Assembly (NCBI GenBank): GCA_964571965.1
Contig: CAZNFQ010000001.1
Coordinates: 30,531-94,530, forward strand
DNA from: an uncultured bacterium
GTDB lineage: Bacteria; Fermentibacterota; Fermentibacteria; Fermentibacterales; JCC-6
Direction: 5' to 3'
Length of the DNA stretch: 64,000 nucleotides
A program made the translations under genes and the position numbers. Each line of letters begins with the position of its first letter. Position 1 is the first letter of the stretch. Of this stretch, positions 62,568 to 64,000 are shown piece by piece. The notes under the pieces are model-generated. The model did not search any database. It had not been told where the DNA came from and saw only the letters and a program-made list of their open reading frames with translations.

Positions 62568-63893
62568 ATGAAAAAGATAATTGCATTCATGATCGTAACT
62601 TCTGTGTTTTTTCTCTCCTGCAGCAGCAGAAGCAAACCCAATATCATCATTATTCTTATTGATACCGTGAGGGCGGACCACCTGAGCTGTTACGGCTATG
62701 AACGGGAAACCACTCCGTTCATTGACAGTCTGGCAGCCGCCGGCACCCTTGCCCTCAGGTGCCAGGGACAGGCCTCCTGGACCCTTCCTGCAATGACATC
62801 CATACTTTCCGGAAGAACTCCCGTAGAACACGGAGCCGGGCGGAGGAACGGAATATTTTATGGAGTTGCACCGGAGCTTCCCTGGCTGCCCCATGCCTTT
62901 CACGCTGAAGGTTACCGCACCGCAGCTTTTTTCAATGTAATATTCATGAACGAGGATTTCGGTTTCCACCGGGGGTTCGAACATTTTGACTGCCAGGGTG
63001 TGGCAAGCGGAAACAGCCTTCGCAAGGCAGAGCACACCGTTAATGACTTCCTGGGCTGGCTGGATTCATCCGACGGCTCTGAACCGTTTTTTGCGGCGGT
63101 GCATTTCTACGACCCGCACATTCCCTATGATCCTCCCGCGCCGTACGATACACTCTATACAGACCCTGACTATCAGGGTGATTACAGAGAGGAATGGGGC
63201 TCAGGCGTAACGGAAATGATGGCTGTTAACTCTGGTGAGGTTGTGCCGTCTCCCGAAGACATCCGCAACCTGGAAGCCCTTTATGACGGGGAAATAACCT
63301 ACACAGACTCCCAGATCGGACGTCTTCTCCGGGAAATCAGGGCAAGAGGGTTCGGTGGAAACACCATAGTGGTCATCGTTGGAGACCACGGCGAGGAATT
63401 CCTGGAACACGACGGCATCGAGCACGGAAGAACTCTCTATCAGGAACTTACCCACATTCCGCTGATCATTTCAGGACCGGGATTCAATGGGGGAAGGACA
63501 ATAGAGCCACCGGTAGCCCAGTACGACATTGCCTCAACGATAACCGCAGCTGCAGGTGTCGACTACCCGGTCTGTGAACACTCCGTGAACCTGGCTGAAA
63601 CAGCCATACCCCTGAGGAACATTGGCGCAAGCGGAGTTCTGTGGCGAAACGAAGGGGATCTGGTCTCAATTGTGAACGGCGACAGCAAGGTGATCTGGTC
63701 AATGGAAGACGACTCGCTGCAGTCATTCGACCTTAGCAGCGATCCTGGAGAGAGATCTGTGATCGAACCGTTAACAGAACTTGCAGAGGCAGCCGGTTAC
63801 TACTGGTCGACACCCCCCGAAGCCGTTCCTTCAGAGGTCAACTACGGTGAAACCGCCTCAAGGGAGCTAAGAAATCTCGGTTATATCAGATAA
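62568..63893 (+). CDS. Sulfatase-family (alkaline-phosphatase superfamily) lipoprotein with Thr at the nucleophile position
   Basis: Lipoprotein-like signal VFFLSCSS. PNIIIILIDTVRADHLSCYGY metal site. The nucleophile motif reads W-T-L-P-A-M-T-S-I-L-S-G-R instead of C/S-x-P-x-R-x4-T-G. VIVGDHGE follows. Confidence 0.8.
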   Translation: MKKIIAFMIVTSVFFLSCSSRSKPNIIIILIDTVRADHLSCYGYERETTPFIDSLAAAGTLALRCQGQASWTLPAMTSILSGRTPVEHGAGRRNGIFYGVAPELPWLPHAFHAEGYRTAAFFNVIFMNEDFGFHRGFEHFDCQGVASGNSLRKAEHTVNDFLGWLDSSDGSEPFFAAVHFYDPHIPYDPPAPYDTLYTDPDYQGDYREEWGSGVTEMMAVNSGEVVPSPEDIRNLEALYDGEITYTDSQIGRLLREIRARGFGGNTIVVIVGDHGEEFLEHDGIEHGRTLYQELTHIPLIISGPGFNGGRTIEPPVAQYDIASTITAAAGVDYPVCEHSVNLAETAIPLRNIGASGVLWRNEGDLVSIVNGDSKVIWSMEDDSLQSFDLSSDPGERSVIEPLTELAEAAGYYWSTPPEAVPSEVNYGETASRELRNLGYIR

Positions 63894-64000
63894 GTGACAG
63901 GGTTACAATTTCTTCCCCGGCTGCAATCCTGTAGGATCCTCTGGGAAGGTTCGACAAATCGAAAACAGCCGTTCCCTCGGCATCGGCTTCTGTTTTCATC
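63886..64000 (-). CDS. Probable 3' end of a reverse-strand CDS entering from the right edge (sorting-domain-like C-terminus)
   Basis: The reverse frame is open from position 63999 to TGA (63888-63886): ...KTEADAEGTAVFDLSNLPRGSYRIAAGEEIVTLSLI*. This resembles the end of a CTD/Ig-like sorting domain. It overlaps the sulfatase-family gene stop by 8 nt. It could instead be a spurious 37-codon ORF. Confidence 0.35.
   Translation of the reverse strand, partial: MKTEADAEGTAVFDLSNLPRGSYRIAAGEEIVTLSLI

Noticed and set aside
1-64000. Search for sigma-54 promoters (TGGCAC-N5-TTGC) that the NtrC-type regulator might control
   Set aside because: The TGGCAC/TGGCAT occurrences I checked all lack a TTGC element at the -12 spacing, and most are intragenic. 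They were at about 5146, 10371, 11033, 30126, 38343, 38898, 42932, 48353, 54173 and 58654 on the plus strand, and at about 25662 and 58432 on the reverse strand. The target promoter is probably outside this window.
1-64000. CRISPR arrays, IS elements/transposases, toxin-antitoxin pairs, restriction-modification or other known defence systems
   Set aside because: I saw no repeat-spacer periodicity, no transposase/DDE or Cas-like ORFs, and no small two-gene cassettes. All intergenic gaps are at most about 230 bp.

Overview
Gene-dense 64-kb chromosomal window from a diderm bacterium, with almost no intergenic space. Supporting markers are an LpxL-type acyltransferase, an MsbA-like exporter, GT9 heptosyltransferases, a sigma-54 activator and HslVU. 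T9SS-type C-terminal sorting domains hint at an uncultivated FCB-group-like lineage, but the taxon cannot be fixed from sequence alone. I support about 63 protein-coding genes (two are partial, at the window edges) and one tRNA-Gly(CCC). I saw no rRNA, CRISPR array, transposase/IS or prophage.

Layout, left to right:
1. ECF sigma/anti-sigma pair, then msbA, a GT9 gene and mutS.
2. A T9SS-sorted beta-propeller protein interrupted by one in-frame TGA.
3. A 15-gene co-directional string (8.5-24.2 kb) joined by ATGA/GTGA overlaps: GT2/GT4/GT-C glycosylation genes, an NtrB/NtrC-type two-component system, and queC-queE-queD-folE2.
4. A reverse-strand operon: archaeal-type gatE homolog, hybrid histidine kinase, queF.
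5. hpf-hprK-ptsH-ptsI, followed by sugar-activation and GT4 genes.
6. tatA, mglA and a Zn-ribbon membrane protein.
7. topA-xerC-[DUF2723 GT-C protein]-hslVU.
8. A second mglA paralog, an STT3-like membrane protein, dapF and the tRNA.
9. A CDP-glycerol (teichoic-acid-like) cluster: tagD, three TagF-like genes, an ATP-grasp ligase, a GT9 gene and an LpxL-like acyltransferase.
10. polA and a Thr-nucleophile sulfatase-family lipoprotein.

Most interesting:
- Two MglA-type GTPases with no MglB, each coupled to a novel membrane protein.
- A bacterial GatE with no adjacent GatD.
- The glycerophosphate-polymer cluster with an embedded ATP-grasp ligase.
- A promoter plus terminator-like structured leader or small RNA upstream of hpf.
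- The in-frame TGA in the T9SS cargo gene.
- A GT2 gene with no canonical start codon.

All functional calls come from motif and family recognition by eye. No database search was run.
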